In this document: in pieces, positions 38,621 to 50,739 of the stretch
Layout: each line of letters opens with the position of its first letter
Numbering within the stretch: position 1 is the stretch's first letter
Source of the DNA: Guillardia theta CCMP2712
Lineage: Eukaryota; Protista; Cryptophyta
NCBI RefSeq assembly: GCF_000315625.1
Contig: NW_005434600.1
Span: 294,748-358,747, forward strand
Reading direction: 5' to 3'
Length of the DNA: 64,000 nucleotides
Translations under genes and position numbers: made by a program
The notes under the pieces: generated by a model
Seen by the model: only the letters and a program-made list of their open reading frames with translations
What the model was told of the DNA's origin: nothing
The model's database searches: none

Positions 38621-39779
38621 AGGTGAAACGATTGCGCCCTTCTTCTCCTCCTCCCTCCTTCACTGATGTCCTCGTGAACAAACATCCGCATCCTCCTTGT
38701 TTTCCTTGCTTTCCTTGCCTTGCCCCCTCTTCTCAGTTGGCTTCCTCTCGCTTCTCCCCTAACTTTTTGGCTGCAGCCTCGGGTCGTACCTTAAGGACGA
38801 GGCTGAGACAAAACCCGAGCAGCCCAAGTCTGAAGTGCCGGAGAAGAAGCCTGCGGGGAAGCGATGATCGGATCTGACCCGCCACACCAGGGGCCCTGCA
38901 AGCCTCAGGCTGGTTCGGCGGACCCAATGCGTTGATGCGGCAGCGTCACTGTATTCCCGGTCGCCGGCTTGTATCATCATAGTACAGTACTTTCGAAGCT
39001 TTATGGCTTGCTGGCGCCTGATTCAATTCAAGTTCCGAGTCGCCGGGCTTCACAGGCTTCAGAATCGTTCAAGTTAGTACTGAGTACGGTCACGTGACCC
39101 TGGCAATGGCATCAGCCCGGCGCTTACGAGGCAATCGCTCGGAGTTCGGCTTCAACCATGATGATTTGCCGGGCACCTCAGTCAGTAGATACCGTAAGTT
39201 GTGAGTGAGTAAACCGTTGAACTGTGAGCCGCCTTCAGTCTCACTGGCAGCCTGCCTGAGTCACGGAGTTTTCGGCGGCGGCCGCCGGCCGGGGGCCGGG
39301 CCGGGCCCGCGACTCGAGGAAGGGCAGCGATTGGGGCGTCTTTCTTGATTATCTCATACTACAGGAGCCTTTGGGGCAGTATTTTTTTTTCTTTTTATTA
39401 ATATTCTCTACTTTGGGTTTTAATATCGCTACCATCACGATTTTTCAAAACTATTTTATTTAGGCATGCGTCATGTAAAATGCTCAAAAACAAGGTCAAA
39501 ATTTTAATTTGGGCCACCCTGACCCTCATTTGCAAGGGGTGTTCAGCGTATACTGAAAGGGCTGTGGGACTCAAAACTTTAAAATACCTGCAAAGTTTTA
39601 TATGTTTTTAAATGCAGGGTATTTCAGTACATGTTTCTAAGATGAGTTTTCTATTTCGTTTTATTTGTACCATAGAGGAGTGGCTAAGAGGTACTGTTAA
39701 GTAAAATGGTACCTCCGGAAATGTACTTCTATAATTGATTTTAATCTTACATGTGTTCCGCGCCTCGTCCGCTGTCGCC

Positions 39780-41480
39780 ATGGCGTCTAACCTGGTAAAG
39801 AAGCTCGGCATGCCCTTCGCTCCATGCGACTCCCCTGCTTCCTCCTTTCTCCTCTCCCTCTCATCAACCTCAACACGCTTGCCATCCTCGTCCTCCTCCT
39901 CCTCAAGGGGCTTGGTTACTTGTCCCCAGCCACTGAAAGCGAAAGAGTCATGGCCCCCTGCAATCTAAACTCGACGGTGCATGTTCCGGGATTGCGGGTG
40001 TTTATGTCTTGAGAATGTTTTGGTCATAACAAGGATGGATATGCTTCACTTATTTATGGGGAATGCTTCTTCTCACCTGCTTGCATCCTGCTCCTTACAT
40101 GTTTCGCGTTGGTCGAACATCCCGACCAAGATTGTCTGCTTTTTCCTGCTCAGTGATTTTGGTCGTGTTGAATGTTAAGCCATGCATGTTCAAAAAGCTG
40201 TCGATGTCTGCTCCTACACGCGCTCCCCTCCTTTCCCCCCGAGCTCATTGTCCGCCCTCATGCCGCTGGAGCATTCTCGTGTACGTCCGGATGAGTTGCC
40301 TTATTGCCAGGATATGCCGCTTGACGATGTTGCAAACGCAATGAACAGCTACTCTGAAGATGCTAGAGGATACCAGGTGATTATGACGGCACGCCTGTTG
40401 GCCACGATGTCTGATTAAATGTGCAAGTCCTGGGGCGGCGCCGGCTACTCAGCAACGAGGTGGGAGCTCTTTTCAGTGCTTACGGCATTCCTGACCTCTG
40501 CTCCTGTAGGGGCCCTGGCCTTGGCTGCCGTGTGTACGTGGGTAACCTCTCCTGGGACGCCCAGTGGCAGGACCTGAAGGATCACATGCGAGGGCCCAAC
40601 CAGAACCTCGTACGTAGACTTGTTGCATCCGTGGTTTTCCAGTGACCCCTCTGCCAGAATGTTGTCCATGCCGACATCATGTACGAGGCTGGTGGAAGGT
40701 CGAAAGGATGTGCCATCGTGGAGTATGCCTCCCCGGAAGATGCGCAGCGTGCCATCGCCGAACTCAACGACACTGAGATGATGGGCCGTCTCATTTTTGT
40801 CCGGGAGGACAGGGAGGGCTTCAAGGGAGGTAATGCTGGTGGAGTCTAGGATGGAGCTGGGTATTTATGGTGCATTCTCAGGTTATTCTGCCACGACAAC
40901 CTTTCCCAGTGGAGGCTACAGTAACTTTGGAGGAGGAGGAGGAGGAGGAGGAGGAGGTATCAATCGCAGACAATTCTGAGCGGTGTTGAGTTGGGACGTG
41001 TGAAGGTTACAACGGAGATGGATATAATTCGTTCCGTGGCAAGTCTTCCGGCTTCCGTGGTCGGTCTGCAGGAGGCTACGGTGCCGGAGGTGCCGGCGGT
41101 GCCGGAGGTGCTGGTGGCTTTGCCGGAGGTAGCGACCCTTCACGCACATGTGTCCTTCTTACGCATGAAGCAGGCATGGGTACCGGTGGCCGCAGAGTGT
41201 ATGTGGGCAATCTGTCATGGGAGTGCAAGTGGCAAGACCTGAAGGATCACATGCGGACAGCAGGCAACGTGCTCCATGCCGACGTGATGACAGGTCCCGA
41301 CGGAAGGTCCAAGGGTTGCGGCCTTGTCGAGTTCTCTTCCCCTGTACGATGTGTTGCTCTTGTTGTCTGAGCGTCTCACAGTGATGGCAGGAGGAGGCGG
41401 TGCGTGCCATCCAGGAGTTGAACGAGACGGAGCTCATGGGACGCATGATCTTCGTCCGCGAGGACAGAGAGATGCGATGA
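39780..41480 (+). CDS. Gbp2/Hrb1/Gbp1p-like protein with two RRMs and a Gly/Arg-rich linker; multi-exon
   Basis: Two copies of [18 protein letters not shown]...HAD.M...GRSKGC..VE...[18 protein letters not shown]. First exons give MASNL|DMPLDDV. Confidence 0.9.
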
Positions 41481-42194
41481 GCATGACGAGATCCCAGGGT
41501 CGAGACAAGTCGCATGTGACAGGGGCGTATACTGACCTGTCTCGCGTGTGATTTGTTCTCGTTGCCGTCGGTACCGCAAACGTGAGGCATCGCTCTAAGG
41601 TGTTCGAGCTGCCTGTGGAGCTGCTGGGATGTGGGAATCTTGTTAGTTGGGTGCTGTACATTTTCAGGTTCTTGCTCATCTTAGTTTTCGAAGGGTTTGT
41701 TTGAGTAGAGTTGCGCTTTTGTGGTGAATGGAAGAATGATTTCTAGTTCCCCTTCCCTGCCCACTCCCCCTATTTCTCTCTTCAATACGTCGGATCTCTC
41801 TCTAGTCGTCAGCACGTTTGAGTAGCCCCATGACAAATTGTCACTTCGTTGGTTTGTAAGTGCAAAGCGGCCAACATGTCGTTCTGAAACGACATAACCT
41901 GTCATGTACCTTATTGTCATCTGGCTCGGCAGCCAGCCATTCATCGTTTGTATCTTCCGAGTCTACGCTCAACCTATCTCCCTGTAGTAACGCACGCTCC
42001 TGAAATTTGTCTTGACTAGTCGCAGCCAAGATGCAGAAGGAGGAACAGCGCCTGGATGGAGGAGAAGTTCCAAGAATGGACAAAAGCAGGGCTGAAGAGG
42101 GAACACGTCTGCGATTTGCGCCTGCCCGTGCACGAGTGGCATGTCGTTCGGTGGCTAGGATCGATCGGAAGGCCGGAAAGTGATCAAAAAGAGG

Positions 42195-42310
42195 CTCTAC
42201 TAATACACAAATCATCGCTTCTAATACACTAGTCATCTCTACTAATAAACTAGTCATCTCTACTAATAAGCTAGTACGGTCATCTCTACTAATAAACTAG
42301 TCATCTTTAC
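42195..42310. repeat. ~21-bp tandem repeat (CTAGTCATCTCTACTAATAAA-like), about 5 degenerate copies
   Basis: Direct observation. Confidence 0.8.
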
Positions 42311-42619
42311 TTATATCGGACAGAAAGGTTGACCAGGCGGAACACTAACGGGAGGGAAACACCAGGAGGGACGAGCTCACAGGCTACACAAGAGATGGCA
42401 GGGCGTTGAAAACTAACTTGCTGCCTACTGCCTCGAGCCATGCACCCTCAACGGTCATCATCAGGTACTAGTATAATGTGACCCCACCTTCCATCGCTAA
42501 TGACGGTTTATGATACACCCGAACATCATATCCTCTAACACACAAACACTCCTTGCTCCACGCTCACAAGTACTCCAGCAGTGTGGTCAGATCATCACCC
42601 ACTCCCTCCACCCCCTCAC

Positions 42620-43250
42620 TCAGATCTTGTTGGCAGGATCTAGGCCGCAGTAGGCGTGAGCTTGCTGCGGGTCCAGCTCGAACACTGCAAAGCGCTCGTA
42701 AGTCCCTGAGACAGTAACTCTCCCCTTGCTCTCACCATCGATGGGCAGGTTGCCAGTGTCCACGGTCTCGACCTTGTTGTCGGCGGCAGCTTGCATCTCG
42801 GCCACTTGCTTCTGAGCATCTTTCGTCTCCTTCCAAGGCAAGTAGCTGACACGTGTCACAGACGCGCTCGTCAACAACAAGACAGAGGACTTACACCCGC
42901 TTGTAGATCCACCACGACGAGATCATAACCCACACAACCACTGAGCAGAAGCGAGTCATGGAAGGAGCAAGCAGAAGCGAGTCATAGAAGAACAGGCAGC
43001 GGCGAGTGAGAGAAAGAGAAAGTAGAGGCGATTCATAGAAGGAACGAGCAGTCAGTTAGCAGAGCCTCCCACCTCCGATTGTGATGAGGACGATCTTTGT
43101 TGTAGTGTTGGTACCCCCAGTACTGTAACCACCTGATGAACTGCTGCTGCCACCTCCCTTGCTGCTGCTGTAGCTGGACTTGCCGCCACTGTAGCTGCTG
43201 CTGCCTCCTCGCAACCAAGACATAGTCTGCTCCATCCCAGTCCCCGACAT
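42620..43250 (-). CDS. Small single-pass membrane protein of unknown function, paralog A
   Basis: Spliced reading: Gly/Ser-rich N-terminus, TM segment ending YKR, then YLP, C-terminus FELDPQQAHAYCGLDPANKI*. Confidence 0.65.
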
Positions 43251-44554
43251 GCCCCCTTCAAGTTCGCGACCTGGCAGGGTTGACAATGGTTTAAAAGGTC
43301 AAAACAGGATTTTACTCGACAAATTTGAAAATCTTCTTTGGAATCGTCCGAGGACATTTGAACTACTAATCTTTATCTTACAAATTGAGGTCATGATTTC
43401 AAAATTACTAGGCTTGACGAACGGTTTACTTTTAATTTTGTCAACTTTCCTACCAGGCCTCTTGATAGACTTATAACATTTCTCATACAAAAATAAGTTA
43501 TTTATAACGTTTAAAATATGCCCGGCCATAGTGACGGGCCTTTCAATAGTACAACGGAAGATACTAGTAACCGTAGTACTCATGACTACCGGAGTGACAG
43601 TGACGCCGGGGGCCGCTACCGTACGGCCGCCCGGGCCGGTCTCCGGGGGCCGCGGACCCGGCCGCGCGGTCGCCCGACTCACTGAGTCAGCGGCGGCCCG
43701 GACACTGTCAACAGTCCGTCGCCGGCGACTGGAAGTTCCGAAGTTCGGACTTGAACTTCGGAAGGCAGGCTCAGTTGCAGGCACAACTTGGGCCAAGTTG
43801 TTGCAGACCGACGGTGGTCACCGTTCACGGAAGACGACCGTACTACGGTAACAACAAGCACAGTCTGACATCAGCCGCGGCGGGCGGCAACTGAGTCACT
43901 GCGTATTGGACCGGTGCCGGGCCGCTCGGCTGTCCGACACCGTCAGTGCATCCGATGATGCCCTCACTGTCATGCAACCGGTGACCGTTGAACTAGTCCG
44001 TCCGAGTCGGTGAGCCTTCAAGACTCCTTGGAAGTGTAACCGTGTTGTACTTTGCAACGCAGTCACGGTACCATCCGATGGTCGGACCGAGACGTTGTAG
44101 GCGAGGACCAGGACGGTGAGAAGAAGCTCGTTCAAGTCGGTCACAACCGGCACCGATTGTGAACTGCTCAGTGACCGTGCAAGGGCTGCTGCAGTGTCCT
44201 GTCCCATCGATGATCCTGACTATGTTGCAACATGATCGAGAATGACTGCATTCTTCTATCAGAGTGCTATGGTTCTCCAACCCTCACAGCACTACTTCAA
44301 CTTCCACCTTCCTTCTCCTACCTCCTACTGACAGCTTTTGCCAACAAGGTACCAGACAAGTCCGTAAATGTCTGAGTTGACCCCGCTATCGCTCAAGCTG
44401 GCTGCTCCTGCGGGAGTGCTCCTGCTCCCACCGCCCCAACCCTCGCCATTGGTATTGACGGCTGATGATACACATGTACATCGACACACCCGACGCCGTC
44501 TGCTCGCATGGTCAGAACATCGGATCCATACCCACTCCCTCCTCTCTCGCACTC

Positions 44555-45082
44555 TCAGGTCTTGTTAGGAGGGTCTAGGCCGATGTAGGCGTGAGCTTGC
44601 TGCGGATTCAGCTCGAATACGTTGGCAGGCACGCTCTGATCCTCCCCGTTGACATCGGGATACTAAACATTCGAGTGAGGGAGATCTGCGCCGTCCAGAC
44701 AACAGAGCAAGAGTGAGCATACCGCGACAGGGATGCCGTCGTCAGTGACCTGCTGACTCGCACGCCGAGATGGCAAGTAGCTGAAGCATGTCAGGCGAGC
44801 AAGTCTTGAACGAGACCAGGAGTGCTCACATCCTCTTGTAGTACATGTAGACGCTACCAACGACAAATATCGTAACTGTAGCAAGTGAGCGAGGCGAGCG
44901 AGCGGGTAGAACAGTCTCGTACCAAAAATTACGATGTAGATTATGGTGCCGATGTCACCTCCTATTGATGACCCGCTGGTTCCTCCTGCTCCTGTTCCTC
45001 CTGTCTTGCTGCCGCTGGACTTTCCGCCGCCGCCGCCGCCTTTTCTCCAGCCCTCCATCCCAGGCTCCTGGCTGCTCCCCAT
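44555..45082 (-). CDS. Small single-pass membrane protein of unknown function, paralog B
   Basis: Same layout: Gly/Ser/Thr-rich N-terminus, TM segment ending YKR, then YLP, C-terminus FELNPQQAHAYIGLDPPNKT*. Confidence 0.65.
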
Positions 45083-46549
45083 GACGACTGAGCCTTGCGC
45101 CGCTTTTTCGAGATTCACCTAAACTAAATCCTTTTTCTTTGAAATTACATGGTGAATTTTGGCATCCCGCTTTCAAAAAAATGTTAACTTTTACTAGCAG
45201 CCTGGCAGGTGCCTACCGTAGGACGGTCGGACGTCAATTGAATGAGTTTCAGTCACTCAGTCCGACCGGCGAACTTGGGCCCGGCCCGGGGACTCGGATG
45301 CCATGCCGGGCCGCCGAAGTAACTAAGTGCAGCCGGCCTGGCAGCCTGTTGCGGCCGCGGCCGGACTCCGACGCGGCTCACCGTTGGCGGCCGCGTTCGA
45401 GTCGTGACTCGCGGATCCGATGCCCCCGTGGCACGGACTGAGGCAAGTTCCGAATGGCGGCAATGGCAGTGGGGCGCACTGCGCCGGCGGCACTGAGGCC
45501 GCGGGCGCACATGAATTCAAGTTGTCTGAGACCGTTCTGTACAGCGGCCAGTTTACAAGGACCGGCGGCCGGGGCCGTTAGCCCGGCGCATCACTACTCA
45601 TGGCGGGCCGGGCCCCCGTTCACTGACGGCGGCGTCCGGGCCGCGAAAAACCGTTGAACGGGTCAGCGGTGACTCCGTCACGGTCAACTTTGTTCAGCGC
45701 CTCGCCAGGTGACCACGGAGTCACTGAGTCAGTCACTTCCAGAGGCTTGCCGCGGCCAGTGCCGGCCCACCGTGACAGCCACGGTAGTAAACGACACACT
45801 GAGTGACACTGAATGAAAGAAAGCGACGGTGACAGTCGGCTGATCATCATAGTACAAGTTCCTAGGCCCTGTCACGGCCCGGTGCTCTTGACACATCACC
45901 CTGAGGAGCGGGGGAGACCCAGGCTCCTGCCTTGATAGTACCTCGACGTCATAATAGTATACAATTTTGGATTCAGATGTATCCACCTAGTCATATCATT
46001 ACATGGTTTCATTTGACTTAAGTTTGGTTTCAATTCTGTTCAACGTTCGCACACACACCATAAGACGATCTCACTGAGAAGAGGCTCTTGCTGCCAACGC
46101 TTCTCCCTTCTTCTCGTGGTTGTCGAAGTGGATGAAACTTAGCAATGGAGGGAAGAGAGAAGATCAGAGATCAGCAACGAGAAGGCAAGAAGGAAGAACC
46201 AAGTGTGACTCAGGGGAAGAGTGAATCAGCTCTATTCCATGCAATCTTGGGGTGAGCATGAAAAATTTACTCTTCCTCGGCAAAAAAGTTCTACTCTCAA
46301 CACCCACTCTTCGTCCTCCAACCCTACACAATATGCTGACAACAGCAAAGCATGCAGGCTCGACCAACCTTGAGGGCCCTACTTGTATTGGCTCCTATTT
46401 CCTCCCTCGCACAAGAGGCAAGTTGGCAGCAAAGGCTCCGATGGCAGGAGGAAGCGCAAGGAAGAGAGACGCTGCTATCCCCGACAACCCGGCCATGCTG
46501 AACACCAGGCTTCAAGGGTTGCTCATCACTCAAAGGTATCAGGTGCGAT

Positions 46550-49160
46550 GATGTCATACTAGCGGTGCTAGACCAGCGTAAGGGAGAGGAGACCCCTTTG
46601 ACTGAAGGGGCTGATCCTTATACAGGCCGAGGAAGGGAATAGGGGTAGTGCTGCACGAGCAAGCGGTACTAAAGAGGAGCGGGGCAGATGTGAACGAGGG
46701 TGAGGTTGCCTGCTTGAGCGTAGCAAGGCTGTCATACAAGACTCAACGTAAGTGCTGGTCGTTGATAATACCTCGCGCATCAAGCTCCTCGTCCCCGTCC
46801 CTTTGCTGCTTCCGCTTCCCTGTAGCCTCGTGTGCCCTTGACGTCCTCGCCGCCATCACGTTGCTCAGCACGTCCCTGCAGCATCCCGGCCGCCTCAGCT
46901 GTCCGTCGGGGGTGGCAGCAGCAGCAGCAGCAGCAGGGGAGGGGAGGGAGAGGGAGAGGGAGGAAGAGCTTCGGGAGGCTTGGCGGGAGGTCCAGGGAGA
47001 GACTTGGAGGATCTTGATGGTAGAGCGAGGGGGAGGGAAAGGGAGGGGGAGGGGAGCTGCAGACATGAGGCAGGGGGCTGAGGGGAGGAGGGTGAAGGGT
47101 GTAGCGAGAAGGAGGGAAGGGAGGAGGATTGAAATCACGTGAAGGGGGTTCAGGTCTTTATGTGTTATCAATCTCGCTGTCTATCTCCGTAAAGGTCCCT
47201 GCGACTAGCTGGTACTACCCCCACCCTACTCTGAGACTATCCTGACACCCCTACCTGACTTTTTTTTAAATTCCCCGACGTCAAAAGAGCTCGTTTTGTA
47301 TCTCTGCCGTCACGCTGACGTGCTTGCACTTGGATTGTTCGGATCTTGAAGGTCCCACCCTTCTCGTCTCGCACTAGAGGCTCACTTAGGCTTCATCCCA
47401 CCTCGAGCTATGCTCTCCATTAGTCGGATCTGTCGCGTGACTCCCTCGTGATTCTCTTCATCCCGCATATCAGGCATCCTTTATGTCCCTACTCCCCCTC
47501 ACTCCTCTCCGCACGACGATCATGGGAGGCGGAGGCAGCTCGTCCTTGGACGCGGAGAGGAGGAGCATGAAGCGGGTCGTCGAGGAGGGGAGGAGTTAAA
47601 GGAGACGAGGACGGGAGGAGACGAGGCGTTTGAATGTGTTCCTGTCGCCTTTCTCATCACTTGTGTCACAACCACAAGCTCCATGAGGCCCTGCTTCTAA
47701 CCAGAAGGGCAAGAGGAGGGAGAGCGAGTGAGGGCTGGCTGACCCGGTCAAACCAGTGCAGTGATGTGTACTTTACTAGCGATGCTAGTGCAGTGATGTG
47801 TACTTTACTAGCGATGCTAGTGCAGTGATGTGTACTTTACTAGCGATGCTAGTGCAGTGATGTGTACTTTACTAGCGGTGCTGGACTCACAAGCTTCTGC
47901 TCCTCTTCTTACCAGGAGTGATAGAGACTTCCACTGCTGTCCCTTACCTTGACAAGTTTGCGGTGTGACCTGCTAGGGCCCTCGCATATCAGTCTTGTCC
48001 TCAAGCGCTCTCCTGCCTTGACAGCACCTCCCACCCACACTGCTATCGCACATCAACCTCCTCGTGTCTTTCCGCGACCTCGTCCCCGTCCCCCTCCTGC
48101 TTCCGCTTCCCTGTAGCCTCTTGTGTCCTTTCGGCGGCGGCGGCAGCAGGGAGGCGGTGGGAGAGGGAAAGGGAGGAGGGGCTTCGGGAGGCTTTGCGGG
48201 AGGTCCAGGGAGAGACTTGGAGGATCTTGATGGTAGAGCGAGGAGGAGGGAAAGGGAGGGGGAGTGGCGGGGGGGGGGAGAAGGCGCTGCAAACATGAGG
48301 CAGGGCGATGGAGGAAGAGGGAGCAGGTACCAGAGCACGGAGCAGGGAGCAGAGCACGGAGCAAGGAGCAGGGAGGAACCACGGGAGAAGGATGGAGGTC
48401 CCGTATCGGGGGAGTGGGGCAGGGGGAATGGGGCTGGGGGAATGGGGCTGGGGTGTGCTAGAGCAGGGGAGTATCTCCCCGATATCTTTTGCTGTTCGAC
48501 TGGACTGCATGACTGATAAGCCGGCCAGTCATTCATTTTTACTTCACGGAGATTGTATCGGGGGAGCAAGCATGAGCTTGCATAAGTCGTCAGTTGCACC
48601 CTGCAGGACAGTCCCTGACCCTTCTCATTCTCAATTAGAGGCACACTTAGACTTTATCTCACCATGGGCCCTGCCCTCCATGCCCAAAATCAGTTCTGTA
48701 ACAACACACCTCTTACGATCTGCAGAAGTGCAACTCCTCCACTACTTGTAAACTGACATCCTTTCGTCCCCTACATCATCCTTCCTCCATCCCTCCTTTG
48801 GCTACACCCTTCACCCTCCTCCCCTCAGCCCCCTGCCTCATGTCTGCAGCTCCCCTCCCCCTCCCTCCTCCCCCCCCTCGCTCTACCATCAAGATCCTCC
48901 AAGTCTCTCCCTGGACCTCTCGCAAAGCCTCCCGAAGCTCTTCCTCCCTCTTCCTCCCCCGCCCCCTCCCTCCCCCTCCTCCTCCCGGGAGTCCTCCTCC
49001 TGCCTGCAGGGACGTGCTGAGCAACGTGCTGGTGGCGAGGAGGTCGAGGGCACAAGAGGCTACAGGGAAGCGGAGGCAGCAGGGGGACGATGACGAGGGC
49101 GCGGAGAAGACGCGGAGGAGGGGAGGACACGAGGTGCTTGATGTACGATAGGTGGAGGTT
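46550..49160. repeat. Local repeat cluster: ~330-bp unit in three copies (~46790-47120 +, ~48080-48310 +, ~48790-49100 inverted)
   Basis: Shared cores GTCCAGGGAGAGACTTGGAGGATCTTGATGGTAGAGCGAGG and CCGCTTCCCTGTAGCCTC. Confidence 0.85.
47755..47882. repeat. 32-bp minisatellite x4 (AGTGCAGTGATGTGTACTTTACTAGCGATGCT)
   Basis: Head-to-tail copies at 47755, 47787, 47819 and 47851. Confidence 0.95.
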
Positions 49161-50204
49161 ATCAATTACCACAAGTTAAATTGCTAGAAGATGCAAGGGG
49201 ATCGCAACATCTCACAGAGTGAAAGACGAACACATCGGCTCTGCTCGTTGGAGTGAAACTCACATGAAGTAGGAAGACTATCAGCTCATCTTCCTGAATC
49301 TATGAGATGAGCTTCAGATATTCATTGCCACCGGTCCCTTGCTCAGGCATGGACAGTCTGCAGAGGATTTTGTCGTCGTTGCTACTTCGATCCAGCAAAG
49401 CACAGCCATACGCATTAGTAGTGGAGATAAAATATTGCTCTGACAACGAGCCTAGCGCAAAGAAGTTCGTCCACAAAATGAACGGATTGCAAGATCCCTT
49501 GCTCTCGTATCAAGATCATATCAGATCAGATCAGATCATGTCAAGTAGACTTACTCACTTCCTCTTATTGTCTTCCTCTCTCCCTCCCTCACTCGCGCTC
49601 GCTATCCATCTCGTCTGCCTGCCCTCCCCTCCCCTACCGTACCCTCCCCTCCCCTCTCCTCCCCTCTCCTCCCCTCTCCTCCCCTCTCCTCCCCTCTCCT
49701 CCCCTCTCCTCCCCTCTCCTCTCCTGCCCTCTCCTGCCCTGCCTTGCCCTGCTGCTTCTCCTTCTCTCATGGATTTTCTCCCTTCATCGTCTTCTGCTCT
49801 TCTCTTCCATCAGCTTCGCTCTCCATCGCTTGCTCGCTCGCTGCTTTCCTTCATTTCGGAACCAGCAGGGGTGGTTGCTTCTTATGGATAGGGTCAGATA
49901 TCAAAAGGGTAGTTTGTAAGGGGTACTTTTGTAGTGAATTACATGGTATCACCGTGGGTACTCAAAACATTTTAAAGAATTACACGGGTAGGGTATACAG
50001 AATCAAAGTAGGGTGGGTAACCTCTAGGGATCAGTGGGGGCAGACGCAATGCAAGTGCTGAAGGGAGAGGAGAAGGGGGAGGGGAGGGGGGGGAGGACGA
50101 GGAGGAGATGAAGAGAAAGATAACATGATGATAACAGCATGATTAAGATGATCCAATCAGAAGGTAGAGGTGGTCTGATGGATCCATCAAGGATCAAGGA
50201 TGAG

Positions 50205-50400
<196 letters not shown>

Positions 50401-50739
50401 AACCCGCTGGATGGAACTTGGACACAGCTAGGGGGCTCGCTGCAAGAAATGAATATCAGTGTAGATTTAGTTTGATATCAGTGTAGATTTAGTTTGATAT
50501 GATCTTGAGGCTTAAAGTGGCCACCAGATGAAAGATTTACTTGCAAGCCGAAGGAGAGTAGTGCATGGTTTGCCTTGCTAGAGTTGTTATTTGCTCTCAG
50601 TCACTTATGTTCATCGCAGCACAAAGGCGCTGAGTCTTGTCGAGTGAGCTGGATATCAACTTGTTTTCCACCTACCATGAAGGGCAGAAGATGAATTGCG
50701 CTTGACTGTTTCTTCGCCTGTCCCTTTCTTGCTCCAAGA

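Noticed and set aside
42195-42310. 21-bp repeat array
   Set aside because: Simple degenerate tandem repeat without unique spacers.
43299-43851. ORFs across the CCGG islands
   Set aside because: Stop-poor GC-rich sequence open on both strands with no protein-like features.
47755-47882. 32-bp repeats of CRISPR-like length
   Set aside because: Head-to-tail with no spacers, no cas genes, eukaryotic context; a minisatellite.
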